DNA from: Vescimonas sp.
GTDB lineage: Bacteria > Bacillota > Clostridia > Oscillospirales > Oscillospiraceae
Reading direction: 5' to 3'
Assembly (NCBI GenBank): GCA_045639965.1
Contig: JAZUEB010000081.1
Coordinates: 6,013 to 70,012 of the forward strand
Length of the DNA stretch: 64,000 bases
The stretch's first letter is position 1. Every line of letters begins with the position of its first letter. The position numbers and the translations under genes were made by a program. Shown here in pieces: positions 56,344 to 64,000 of the stretch. The notes below the pieces were generated by a model. The model did no database searches, had not been told where the DNA came from, and saw nothing but the letters and a program-made list of their open reading frames with translations.

Positions 56344-57986
56344 GGCAATACCTCCCCCAGCAGCGTGATCACGTCCTCCGCTGTCACCGCGTCGGGGAAA
56401 ACATGGCGGCTCATGCGGTTGGCGGCAGTGGTGTAGAAGTTGTTGGCACAGAAGAAGCGGCGGGGCGTGTTGGTGGTCAGGATCTGCCCGTCGAAGAACA
56501 GACTGACCATATCTGCTGCGGCGGCGCAGAACTCCACGTCGTGGCTCACCATCACAATGGTGATGCCTTTTGCCTTGAGCTGCCGCAAAATGGTAAGCAG
56601 CTTCCCTTTGAAAAAGTTGTCCAGGCCCTTGGTGGGCTCATCCAGAAGCAGAAGCCGCGGGTCGGTGAGCAGCACCTTGGCAAGAGCGAGGCGCTGCTGT
56701 TCTCCGCCGGAGAGGTCACAGGGGTGACGATCTGACAATTCGGTCACTTCACATAGCTGCGCTGCCTCGGCAATACGCGCCTCGTCCTTTTCCATCTCCT
56801 GCAGCTCCGCCAGTACGGTGTCTTTGGTGAATAGACTCCCGGGATCCTGGGGCAGCATACACAGGTTGCTCCGGAACAGGTTTTTGACCTTTCCAATGGG
56901 CTGCCCGTCCAGCAGAATTTTTCCCCGATAGGGCTTGCAGATACCGCAGATGGACTTGAGAGTGGTGGATTTTCCCGTGCCGTTGCCGCCTACGATGGCA
57001 AACAGGCTGCCCTTCGGTACGTCGAAGCTGACGCCCCGCAGTACGTCCGGCCCGTTCTTTTCGTAGCGGTACCAGAGTTCCTTTACCGATAGAAACGGTT
57101 TTTCTGCCGTATCCGATATCGGCTCATCGGGCAGACGGGCGGTGATCTCTTTGCCGGCTAAGCGCTCTGCCAGCCATGTACGGCCCTCCCGTACTGTCAG
57201 CGGCGCTTCGCCGGACTGTCCGCAGCCATAGAAAATGCGAACGGGAGCGGGCATGGCGGCAAACATATCGCTGCCGCTGTGGTGGAGCAGCTGCCCTACC
57301 TTTTTCGGGGTATCGTCGGCAAGGATGCGGCCGTTCTCCATCACCACGCAGCGGTCTGCTCCGTGGAAAATGTCCTCCAGCCGATGCTCCGTAATGAGTA
57401 CGGTGGTGCCCAACTCCCGGTTGATCTTCCGCACCGTGGCGAGAAAATCCGCCGCCGCGATGGGGTCTAACTGACTGGTGGGCTCGTCTAAGATCAGCAC
57501 CTCCGGCTGCATGGCCATAATGGACGCCAGATTAAGCAGCTGCTTCTGCCCGCCGGACAGCTCCGCGATGTCCCGGTGGAACCAGTCCTGTATGCCGAAA
57601 TAGCTGGCCATCTCCGCTACCCGCAGACGCATGGTTTTTTCCTCGCAGCCCAGACTTTCCAAACCGAACGCCAGCTCATGCCACACCTTGTCGGTAACGA
57701 TCTGACTGTCGGGGTTCTGCATAACGTAACCGATCCCGGCGCTCTGATCGCGCAGGCTCACCTGTGACAGCGGCAAACCGTTGAAGAAAATGTTCCCTTT
57801 TTGTACACCGTGAGGGGTCAAAACGGACTTTAAATGTCTCAAAAGGGTGGTTTTTCCGCTGCCGGACTTGCCGCAAAGAGCAACATATTCGCCCTTTTCC
57901 ACGGTAAGATTTATCTCGCAAAGCGCCATTTTTTCAGGCGTGTTGGGATAGGAAAAGGTTAAATTTTGGATCGTAAACTGTGCCAT
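56340..57986 (-). CDS. ECF transporter fused double ATPase
   Basis: two Walker A (GKSGSGKTT, GGNGTGKST), two LSGG and DEPT motifs. Confidence 0.9.
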   Translation of the reverse strand: MAQFTIQNLTFSYPNTPEKMALCEINLTVEKGEYVALCGKSGSGKTTLLRHLKSVLTPHGVQKGNIFFNGLPLSQVSLRDQSAGIGYVMQNPDSQIVTDKVWHELAFGLESLGCEEKTMRLRVAEMASYFGIQDWFHRDIAELSGGQKQLLNLASIMAMQPEVLILDEPTSQLDPIAAADFLATVRKINRELGTTVLITEHRLEDIFHGADRCVVMENGRILADDTPKKVGQLLHHSGSDMFAAMPAPVRIFYGCGQSGEAPLTVREGRTWLAERLAGKEITARLPDEPISDTAEKPFLSVKELWYRYEKNGPDVLRGVSFDVPKGSLFAIVGGNGTGKSTTLKSICGICKPYRGKILLDGQPIGKVKNLFRSNLCMLPQDPGSLFTKDTVLAELQEMEKDEARIAEAAQLCEVTELSDRHPCDLSGGEQQRLALAKVLLTDPRLLLLDEPTKGLDNFFKGKLLTILRQLKAKGITIVMVSHDVEFCAAAADMVSLFFDGQILTTNTPRRFFCANNFYTTAANRMSRHVFPDAVTAEDVITLLGEVLP

Positions 57987-58843
57987 ACGATGCTCTCCTT
58001 TATGTGTTCAACAGACGGTATCAATAGGAGGAAACTCCAGGCAGAAATTCCCAGAATGGAAAGGGGAGAAGCTATGGGAACAAAGGCAAAAACGGGGATA
58101 TACACCGCATCGGCGCAGCCTTGAAAAGCGGCAAAAATTACCATGACTGCCAAGGCGGTAAACGCCCCCAGCAGCACGCCATCTGCCGCCGTAAACCGGG
58201 AAATCTGAAAGCTGGTACGCTTGGCTGTGCCGTATCCCCGGGCGCGCATACTGTCCGCTGTGACGATACTGCCCTCTAAGGCCCAGGTGGTCAGCGCCGA
58301 CAGCGTCCCCATGCCACTTTTCAACTGGGATATTCTGCCATTTTCACCGCCCAGACCGATGCACTTTCGGGCCCCGCTGATCTGCCGCGCCTTTCGTCCG
58401 TAGGACGGCACCAGCCGGAAGATCATCACCAGCAGCAGCGACAGCGCCGGCAGCAGCGGCGCAAACAGCGCCGTGAACTTATCGGCAGTCATCACGATGC
58501 CGTAACAAAGACACCACAGGATCACCGCCACACACATGGCGGCAAGCACCATGCCATAGCACAGCGCCTCGTAGGTGTAAGGGCGTCCCCAGTAGGTAAA
58601 CAGCACCGTCTGCCCCATCGTGTCAAAGAGAGGATTGACCGCGCTCAGGACGATCCAGAGGGGGACCAGTCCCAACAAAATGAGAACGCTTTTTCTGCCC
58701 CGCAGCAACGCGTAGTACAGCACGGCACACCCAAGGGACACCGCCTGATACACCGGGTGCATCAGCACCACCGTCAGCACCACGGCCAGGGCGAAAAATA
58801 TGAAGTTGACCGCGCCGTGTCGGCGCGCAAAGGCGTCTGACAT
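57959..58843 (-). CDS. ECF transporter T component
   Basis: NPLF, RLVP and ADSMRARGY coupling motif. Confidence 0.88.
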   Translation of the reverse strand: MSDAFARRHGAVNFIFFALAVVLTVVLMHPVYQAVSLGCAVLYYALLRGRKSVLILLGLVPLWIVLSAVNPLFDTMGQTVLFTYWGRPYTYEALCYGMVLAAMCVAVILWCLCYGIVMTADKFTALFAPLLPALSLLLVMIFRLVPSYGRKARQISGARKCIGLGGENGRISQLKSGMGTLSALTTWALEGSIVTADSMRARGYGTAKRTSFQISRFTAADGVLLGAFTALAVMVIFAAFQGCADAVYIPVFAFVPIASPLSILGISAWSFLLLIPSVEHIKESIVWHSLRSKI

Positions 58844-58852
58844 AAAAACTCC

Positions 58853-59521
58853 TTACAGATCATTTCCCATGTCGCAGGTATATACCCACTGAATGCTGTC
58901 TCCGTCGGAGACGGAATAGCTGCCGCAGCCCACTCCGGGGGTCGTACCGTTGACACGGTAGAGCCACCCGCTGCCGCCGCCGCAGGCACGCTCGGCAAGA
59001 CCGCCGATGCTCTTGATATAGCCGCTGCTGCCGCTCAGAGAGATCCCGTTTGCGCTGCATACGCTGCATAGTATGTCATAGACGCTCTCTCCGCCGGACA
59101 GTGTGACTGTGGCAGAGGAGAGGATGACCCCGCTTGCCGGTGCCGTATCACTTTTCCCTACGGCAGTGTGGCAGACGATGGAAACGGTGCAGCTTGCCGC
59201 AGACGGCTGAACAGGCTCCGGCTCCGGCTGTGTCGGCTCGGCTGCGATCGGCGCTTCCGCCATAGCGGGTGTGTTTGAATTTGGCGCATCGGGCGCAGGC
59301 TTGACAACGGGAGCATCTGCAACTGTCGGTTTTTCTGTTTCCGTCTCCACGGAATTTTTATCGGGCGCTGTGTGTGTGCCTTCTGCCGGCGGTATGGCGG
59401 GGGTGTCCTGCTTAGCCGATACGGACGGTGTATCGTCCGGTATCGGCGCCACCGCTTTTTGCCCGCAGCCGCACAGCAGCAGAGCCAAAACCAGACACAG
59501 GGATAGCAGTCGCGTTTGCAT
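58853..59521 (-). CDS. DUF4430 lipoprotein with Pro/Ala-rich linker
   Basis: lipobox LCGC; C-terminal SVYDIL..YIKSIGGLAE..SGWLYRVNG..GDSIQWVYT. Confidence 0.85.
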   Translation of the reverse strand: MQTRLLSLCLVLALLLCGCGQKAVAPIPDDTPSVSAKQDTPAIPPAEGTHTAPDKNSVETETEKPTVADAPVVKPAPDAPNSNTPAMAEAPIAAEPTQPEPEPVQPSAASCTVSIVCHTAVGKSDTAPASGVILSSATVTLSGGESVYDILCSVCSANGISLSGSSGYIKSIGGLAERACGGGSGWLYRVNGTTPGVGCGSYSVSDGDSIQWVYTCDMGNDL

Positions 59522-59619
59522 AAAAAAAGACCTCCATCTTGGGGGAGGCATAAAAATAAGCACCCATGGGGGTGCTGTTCATCGCCGCATACGGGCATCC
59601 CCCAAGAGCCCTGCGGTGG

Positions 59620-59769
59620 AAGATCGGGGGAACGTGTTCCGGCTTATCGGACGCCTTTTGTGCCGATGCCTTCTCAAGGGACTGTCCCTCAATGACATCG
59701 GCGGCTTTTTCTGTCCGTCTACGGCGGCTTGGTACCGCTGGATTTTCTCCATTCCATTCCGACGATCTT
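59620..59769 (-). ncRNA. cobalamin riboswitch (shortened variant)
   Basis: GGAA..GGAGAAAATCC..GCCGCCGTA, GTCATTG..GAGAAGG and AAGCCGGAACAC elements; closing stem AAGATCG/CGATCTT; downstream terminator (59552-59576) and SD hairpin; TTGCAA-17-TAGTCT promoter. Confidence 0.72.
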
Positions 59770-59888
59770 TTTTGACTTGTCTATTTTTAGACTACCACAA
59801 CTCTGCACCGTTTGCAAGAAAAATCGGAGCAGGGCTTGACAAAGGAAAATATCTGGTGCTATATTGACCGTACCAACCGAATACGCTG

Positions 59889-60084
59889 CATCGTGTTCCG
59901 CCGTCTGGTAAAAGGCAGAGAGCGGAATGAGGAAATCCGGTGAAAATCCGGAGCAATACCCGTTGCTGTATGTGCAGGAGCTGAAAGTCCGCGCCGTGAG
60001 GCGGCCATTGGTGAAAACCGAGAAGGTAGGACTTGCCGCGCAGGAGTTCTTCTCCCCAATGCATGAGTCAGAAGACCGACGATG
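59889..60084 (+). ncRNA. cobalamin riboswitch
   Basis: GGAAATCCGGTGAAAATCCGGAGCAATACCCGTTGCTGTA, GCCATTGG..CCGAGAAGG and GAGTCAGAAGACC elements; TTGACA-18-TATATT promoter at 59836-59865. Confidence 0.9.
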
Positions 60085-60150
60085 ATCGAGCAGGAGTTGA
60101 TACAGATGGGCGGGAGTGCCCGGGTATCAGCGGAGATCCCATGGAAACAG

Positions 60151-60190
60151 ACGGCCGTGGCAGAGTGATCTGCCGCGGCTGTTTTTTGTT
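60151..60190 (+). terminator. riboswitch expression-platform terminator
   Basis: ACGGCCGTGGCAGA-gtga-TCTGCCGCGGCTGT-TTTTT upstream of the RBS. Confidence 0.8.
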
Positions 60191-60228
60191 CTGCGGTGCG
60201 GCGCAAAAATGAAAGAGAGGGAAAACAA

Positions 60229-61728
60229 ATGAAGAAAAAAATCATCAGTATTCTGCTGGCTTTCGTCATGGTTTTGTGCCTTGTGCCCGCTGCCATGGCA
60301 GAAGAGAAGCCCTTTACGGCGTCTGTGGGGGAAACATCGCTGACAGCGGTCTCAAAGACGGAAAACGCCTATACCTATCACGGCTGGACAGGCGATGAAA
60401 CCGTCGATGTCTATACCGTGACCATTCCCGATGCGGCAACAGAGATCTCTCTGCACCTTCATACACCGTCACTGGCTTACAATTATAAAGGGGATGGTGT
60501 TACCTATTTAGCGGGAGAATACGATATGACTCCGGAGACCGGCTCCATGTATACCGGCGTAACAGAAGTCATTGTACCGACAGATGCCAATGGCGACGGC
60601 GTACTGGATTACGTTCAGGTTCAGACACCGTATGATGCAAGCTACAATTCCGCTGTACGGTATGCCATTACGTTCCGTTATGCAAATGCCGGTGCCGGTA
60701 GCAGTACGACAGCGATCGGTGCAAGTGTCCAAAATACCTATTCGTTGACCCGCAGTCTGCTGTCCGGGCGCAAGGTAAATTACACCTGGGCGGGCGGTAC
60801 ATCCAACTCCGATGACTGGGACGTGTTTGGCCTGGCCCGTGACGGCGTCAGCATTCCCAAAAGCTATATCAACAGCGTCAAAGCCTTTGCGCCGACAGCC
60901 GGCACTTACATTTCCGACTGTGCCAGGGCGATCTTAGTACTGAACGCCTGCGGAGAAGAGGTAAGTGATACCTTGCTGTCCGCCGTAACGGATGAGAGCG
61001 GGCTGATGGGCAGCAACGATGTGATTTTTGCGCTTTTGGCATTGGACAGCAAGAATTACACAGCCCCTGCCGATGGTATCAGCCGCGAAAAACTGATCGA
61101 CCGGATCCTGTCCTTGCAGCAGAGTGACAATGCCTGGGGGTATTCCTACGTCTCCGGAACCGATTGGACTACCCCCTGGGGCACCGATGTGGATACCACC
61201 GCCCAGGCTATTACTGCGCTGGCGCCCTATTACACCACCAATATCAAGGTAAAGACCGCCGTGGATAAAGCCCTTGCATGGCTGAAGACCCGGCAGCTCG
61301 CCGACGGTACCTTCGGCTATATGGACAGCGCATCGGTGGAGTCCACCTCGCAGGTCATTGTTGCCCTGACCGCCCTGGGTATCGACCCCGCCGACTGGAA
61401 CGGAAAGAACGCCGTCAGCGGGATGTGCAGCATGGCGGTTTCCGCGGGCGGCTTTACGTACAGCGGCAGCTTTAACGAGATCTCCACCTATGAGGGATAT
61501 TACGCCCTGGTAGCCTACTATCGGTTCCATAACGGTCAGGCGGCGCTGTATGATATGAGCCATGCGGATCCTGTCAAACCGACTCCCGAAAAACCCGATG
61601 CGCCCGATACGTCAGAGGCTCCGGCCGTCTCCTCCGCCAAAACCGCCGACGCCGGCATCCTGCTCTACGGTGCGCTGTCTGTCAGCGCTCTTATGGGCAT
61701 GGGTTATGTGGGCAAAAAGTCTCATTAA
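60229..61728 (+). CDS. secreted cell-wall-anchored protein with prenyltransferase/squalene-cyclase-like alpha-barrel repeats
   Basis: signal peptide (AMA/E), QQSDNAWG and QLADGTFG repeats, DVDTTAQAITAL; C-terminal SAKTAD + hydrophobic segment + KK. Confidence 0.8.
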   Translation: MKKKIISILLAFVMVLCLVPAAMAEEKPFTASVGETSLTAVSKTENAYTYHGWTGDETVDVYTVTIPDAATEISLHLHTPSLAYNYKGDGVTYLAGEYDMTPETGSMYTGVTEVIVPTDANGDGVLDYVQVQTPYDASYNSAVRYAITFRYANAGAGSSTTAIGASVQNTYSLTRSLLSGRKVNYTWAGGTSNSDDWDVFGLARDGVSIPKSYINSVKAFAPTAGTYISDCARAILVLNACGEEVSDTLLSAVTDESGLMGSNDVIFALLALDSKNYTAPADGISREKLIDRILSLQQSDNAWGYSYVSGTDWTTPWGTDVDTTAQAITALAPYYTTNIKVKTAVDKALAWLKTRQLADGTFGYMDSASVESTSQVIVALTALGIDPADWNGKNAVSGMCSMAVSAGGFTYSGSFNEISTYEGYYALVAYYRFHNGQAALYDMSHADPVKPTPEKPDAPDTSEAPAVSSAKTADAGILLYGALSVSALMGMGYVGKKSH

Positions 61729-61763
61729 GCGAGTTCCGTCTTTCCATAGGGACGTACCTCTTA

Positions 61764-61805
61764 AAACGAAAACACCGACGGCATTTGCCGTCGGTGTTTT
61801 CGTTT
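61764..61805. terminator. bidirectional terminator
   Basis: AAACGAAAACACCGACGGCA-tt-TGCCGTCGGTGTTTTCGTTT. Confidence 0.8.
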
Positions 61806-61819
61806 ACAAGCGTTGCCGT

Positions 61820-62065
61820 TTAAATATCCAGATAACTCTTTACCAATACCTGCAGCAGCTCGTCCCGGTCGATCTTGCAGATCAGCGTGCGTGCGCTGTT
61901 GTGGTTGGTGATATAGGTGGGATCCTCGGACAGAATGTAACCCACGATCTGATTGATGGGATCGTAGCCCTTTTCCTTTAAGGCCTCATATACGGTGGTC
62001 AGCACATGATGCACCTGAGAGTCCTTGTCCTCAGCCGTATTGAATTTCCGGGTAAAATCTTCCAT
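61820..62065 (-). CDS. ireB: IreB/ReoM (UPF0297) regulatory phosphoprotein
   Basis: [37 protein letters not shown]. Confidence 0.92.
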   Translation of the reverse strand: MEDFTRKFNTAEDKDSQVHHVLTTVYEALKEKGYDPINQIVGYILSEDPTYITNHNSARTLICKIDRDELLQVLVKSYLDI

Positions 62066-62147
62066 GGGGACACCACCTTTCACAGACTGCTATCAGTATA
62101 CGCCAAAATCGAAGAAGTGTAAAGAGCAATTTTTGTGAAGTTTTTGC

Positions 62148-64000
62148 TTATTTGGAGCGCAGTTCGGCGCCGAACCGTTTGCCAAGTCGCTTCAGGGCGG
62201 CATTGGCGCAGGCCTCGATCTCCTCGGAAGTCAGCGTCTTTTCACTGGAGCCGATGGCCAGACGAATGGTCACGGACTTCTTGCCCTGAGGCACCTGCTT
62301 GCCCCGATACTCATCGACGAAGGCGGCACCGTGGAGCAAGGTATCGTGCCCGCTGAGCACCGTGCGGAGGATGTCGTCCCACTTTACCTCGCCGTCAAAG
62401 AGCATGGAGATGTCGTAGTCCACCATGGGGAACTCCGGCAGATGGGTGAAACGGTTGGTGCGGGACTTGAAGGGCTCCAAAGAATCCAGATCCAGCTCGA
62501 AGAGCATCACGTTCAGATTCTTGATGCCGCAGGCCATGGACGCCTTCTTGTTCAAAAGTGCCAGATTGCCCACCTGTACCTCACCGCGGAAGACGTTCAG
62601 CCACACCACATTGTCCGCCCAAATAGGCTTGGTGACCTGCTTGAGCTCCAAAGCTTCCATGTGGGTGTACCGCGCCATGTTCTCGATTACGCCCTTGGCA
62701 CGGCGGAACAGGGGGGTCACGTCCTTCTTGTCGCTGGCAAAGGCACCGGCGAGATACTTGCGCTGCCAGGGCAGCTTTTCCTTTTCGCTATAGGGCGTGG
62801 TGTAATCCGCATCCTTGAAGATCTGGGCGTTTTCAAAGATGGCAAAGTCGGTGTAGTACCGCTCGTTCTTCACCACCGCCTTGCACAGATTGGGCAGCAG
62901 GGAGGAGCGGATATACTTCTCTGCGGGAGAGGGGGGTGTGGACAGCGACAGAATACCGGCGGTATCCTGCAAAACGGCGTTTACAAACTGTTCGTCCATC
63001 CACGGATAGGTGAAGATCTCCTGCATCCCGCAGCGGATGGCCAGATACTCCTTGATCCGTCGGGTCAGATCCACGCTGAGCTGATTGATGGCGCCGTCAA
63101 AGCTGGTGGTGATGGGGGCAGCGGTGAAGTTCTCATAGCCCACCATACGGGCCACTTCCTCCATGATGTCCGCCTTGATGGATACGTCGCCGGTGGAGCG
63201 CCAGGTGGGCGCCACCACATGCATATTGTCACCGTCAAAGGTGACCGCGTAGCCCATCTCGCCCATCTTTTTCTCGATGTCGGCGTTGGCGATCCGTTTG
63301 CCCAGACGGCGCTCCAGCCAGTTCAGAGACACGTCGATCTCCGCCTTTTGCAGCGGCTTTGCATAGTTGTCGGCAAAGCCTACCACTTTGCACTCGGGAT
63401 ACAGCTCGGCGAACAGCGCCATGGCCAGAGAGATGGCCTGATCGATGCGCTCGGGGTCGATGGCCTTTTCGTAGCGGGAGGAAGCCTCGGTGCGGTTGTC
63501 GTACCGCAGCGCGGTGCGGCGGATGCCCTTGGCGTTGAAGTTGGCGATCTCCAGCAGCACACTCTCGGTCTTGGGCAGAATGGAGTCCCGGGCGCCGCCC
63601 ATGATACCCGCCAGACCTACGGCGCCCTCGTTGTCGGAGATCACCAGGTCGGTGGGATCCAGCGCCAACTCCTTGCCGTTGAGCAGCAGCAGCTTTTCGC
63701 CGTCCTTGGCGTGGCGCACGTTGATATGCCCCTTGATGTTGTCCGCGTCATAGGCGTGGCAGGGCTGACCGGTTGCCATCATCACATAGTTGGTGATGTC
63801 CACGAGAGCGTTGATGGGACGCTGTCCCACCCGCCACAGACGGGTCTGCATGGCAAAGGGGGACGGCTTCACGGAAAGCCCCTCCACCTTGGAGCAGACG
63901 ATGCGTGCGCAGGCGTGGGGATCCTCGATCTCGGCGCTGACGTGCTCAATGGCAGGGGCATCGGTGACAAAAGGCTGAAAGAGCTTCAGCGGCAGATCGT
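62148..64000 (-). CDS. pheT: phenylalanine--tRNA ligase beta subunit (5' end off window)
   Basis: INALVDITNYVM..GQP.HAYD, LAGIMGG, EASSRYEK and EEVARMVGY motifs, C-terminal FDX-ACB (KKSVTIR); frame open to window edge. Confidence 0.93.
   Translation of the reverse strand, partial: DLPLKLFQPFVTDAPAIEHVSAEIEDPHACARIVCSKVEGLSVKPSPFAMQTRLWRVGQRPINALVDITNYVMMATGQPCHAYDADNIKGHINVRHAKDGEKLLLLNGKELALDPTDLVISDNEGAVGLAGIMGGARDSILPKTESVLLEIANFNAKGIRRTALRYDNRTEASSRYEKAIDPERIDQAISLAMALFAELYPECKVVGFADNYAKPLQKAEIDVSLNWLERRLGKRIANADIEKKMGEMGYAVTFDGDNMHVVAPTWRSTGDVSIKADIMEEVARMVGYENFTAAPITTSFDGAINQLSVDLTRRIKEYLAIRCGMQEIFTYPWMDEQFVNAVLQDTAGILSLSTPPSPAEKYIRSSLLPNLCKAVVKNERYYTDFAIFENAQIFKDADYTTPYSEKEKLPWQRKYLAGAFASDKKDVTPLFRRAKGVIENMARYTHMEALELKQVTKPIWADNVVWLNVFRGEVQVGNLALLNKKASMACGIKNLNVMLFELDLDSLEPFKSRTNRFTHLPEFPMVDYDISMLFDGEVKWDDILRTVLSGHDTLLHGAAFVDEYRGKQVPQGKKSVTIRLAIGSSEKTLTSEEIEACANAALKRLGKRFGAELRSK

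Noticed and set aside
61820-62065. Functional clustering of ireB/reoM with murA
   Set aside because: The ReoM-MurA link is known in other Firmicutes, but the genes are about 54 kb apart, so their co-occurrence here is uninformative
1-64000. CRISPR array, prophage or defence system
   Set aside because: No regularly spaced repeats, cas, integrase or phage structural genes seen; the repeats found are REPs or coding repeats

Overview
GC-rich chromosomal segment of an anaerobic Clostridia bacterium (gene set and style suggest Oscillospiraceae; this is inference). It carries core genes (cca partial, murC, pgm, rlmH, murA, pfkA, dus, rsmA, rluA-family, ymfF/ymfH-like, lgt, ireB/reoM, pheT partial, tRNA-Thr CGT) and several accessory modules. 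These modules are: a GltD-linked two-gene [FeFe]-hydrogenase; a BlaI/M56 pair whose sensor has four novel tandem domains; a purine/urate degradation-type locus (ygeY-ygeW-carbamate kinase-BMP ABC importer-8-oxoguanine deaminase) facing a YheO regulator and two PLP enzymes instead of YgeX; a REP-associated tyrosine transposase with GTAG REPs inside its own ORF and elsewhere in the window; a MacB-type exporter with two adaptors; and two back-to-back cobalamin riboswitches. The riboswitches control an ECF importer with a DUF4430 lipoprotein on one side and a cell-wall-anchored alpha-barrel protein on the other, which together resemble a split transcobalamin. A promoter-bounded, highly structured ~150-nt RNA ahead of a 49-aa ORF beside tRNA-Thr is unexplained. 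All calls come from motif recognition by eye; no searches or folding programs were run.
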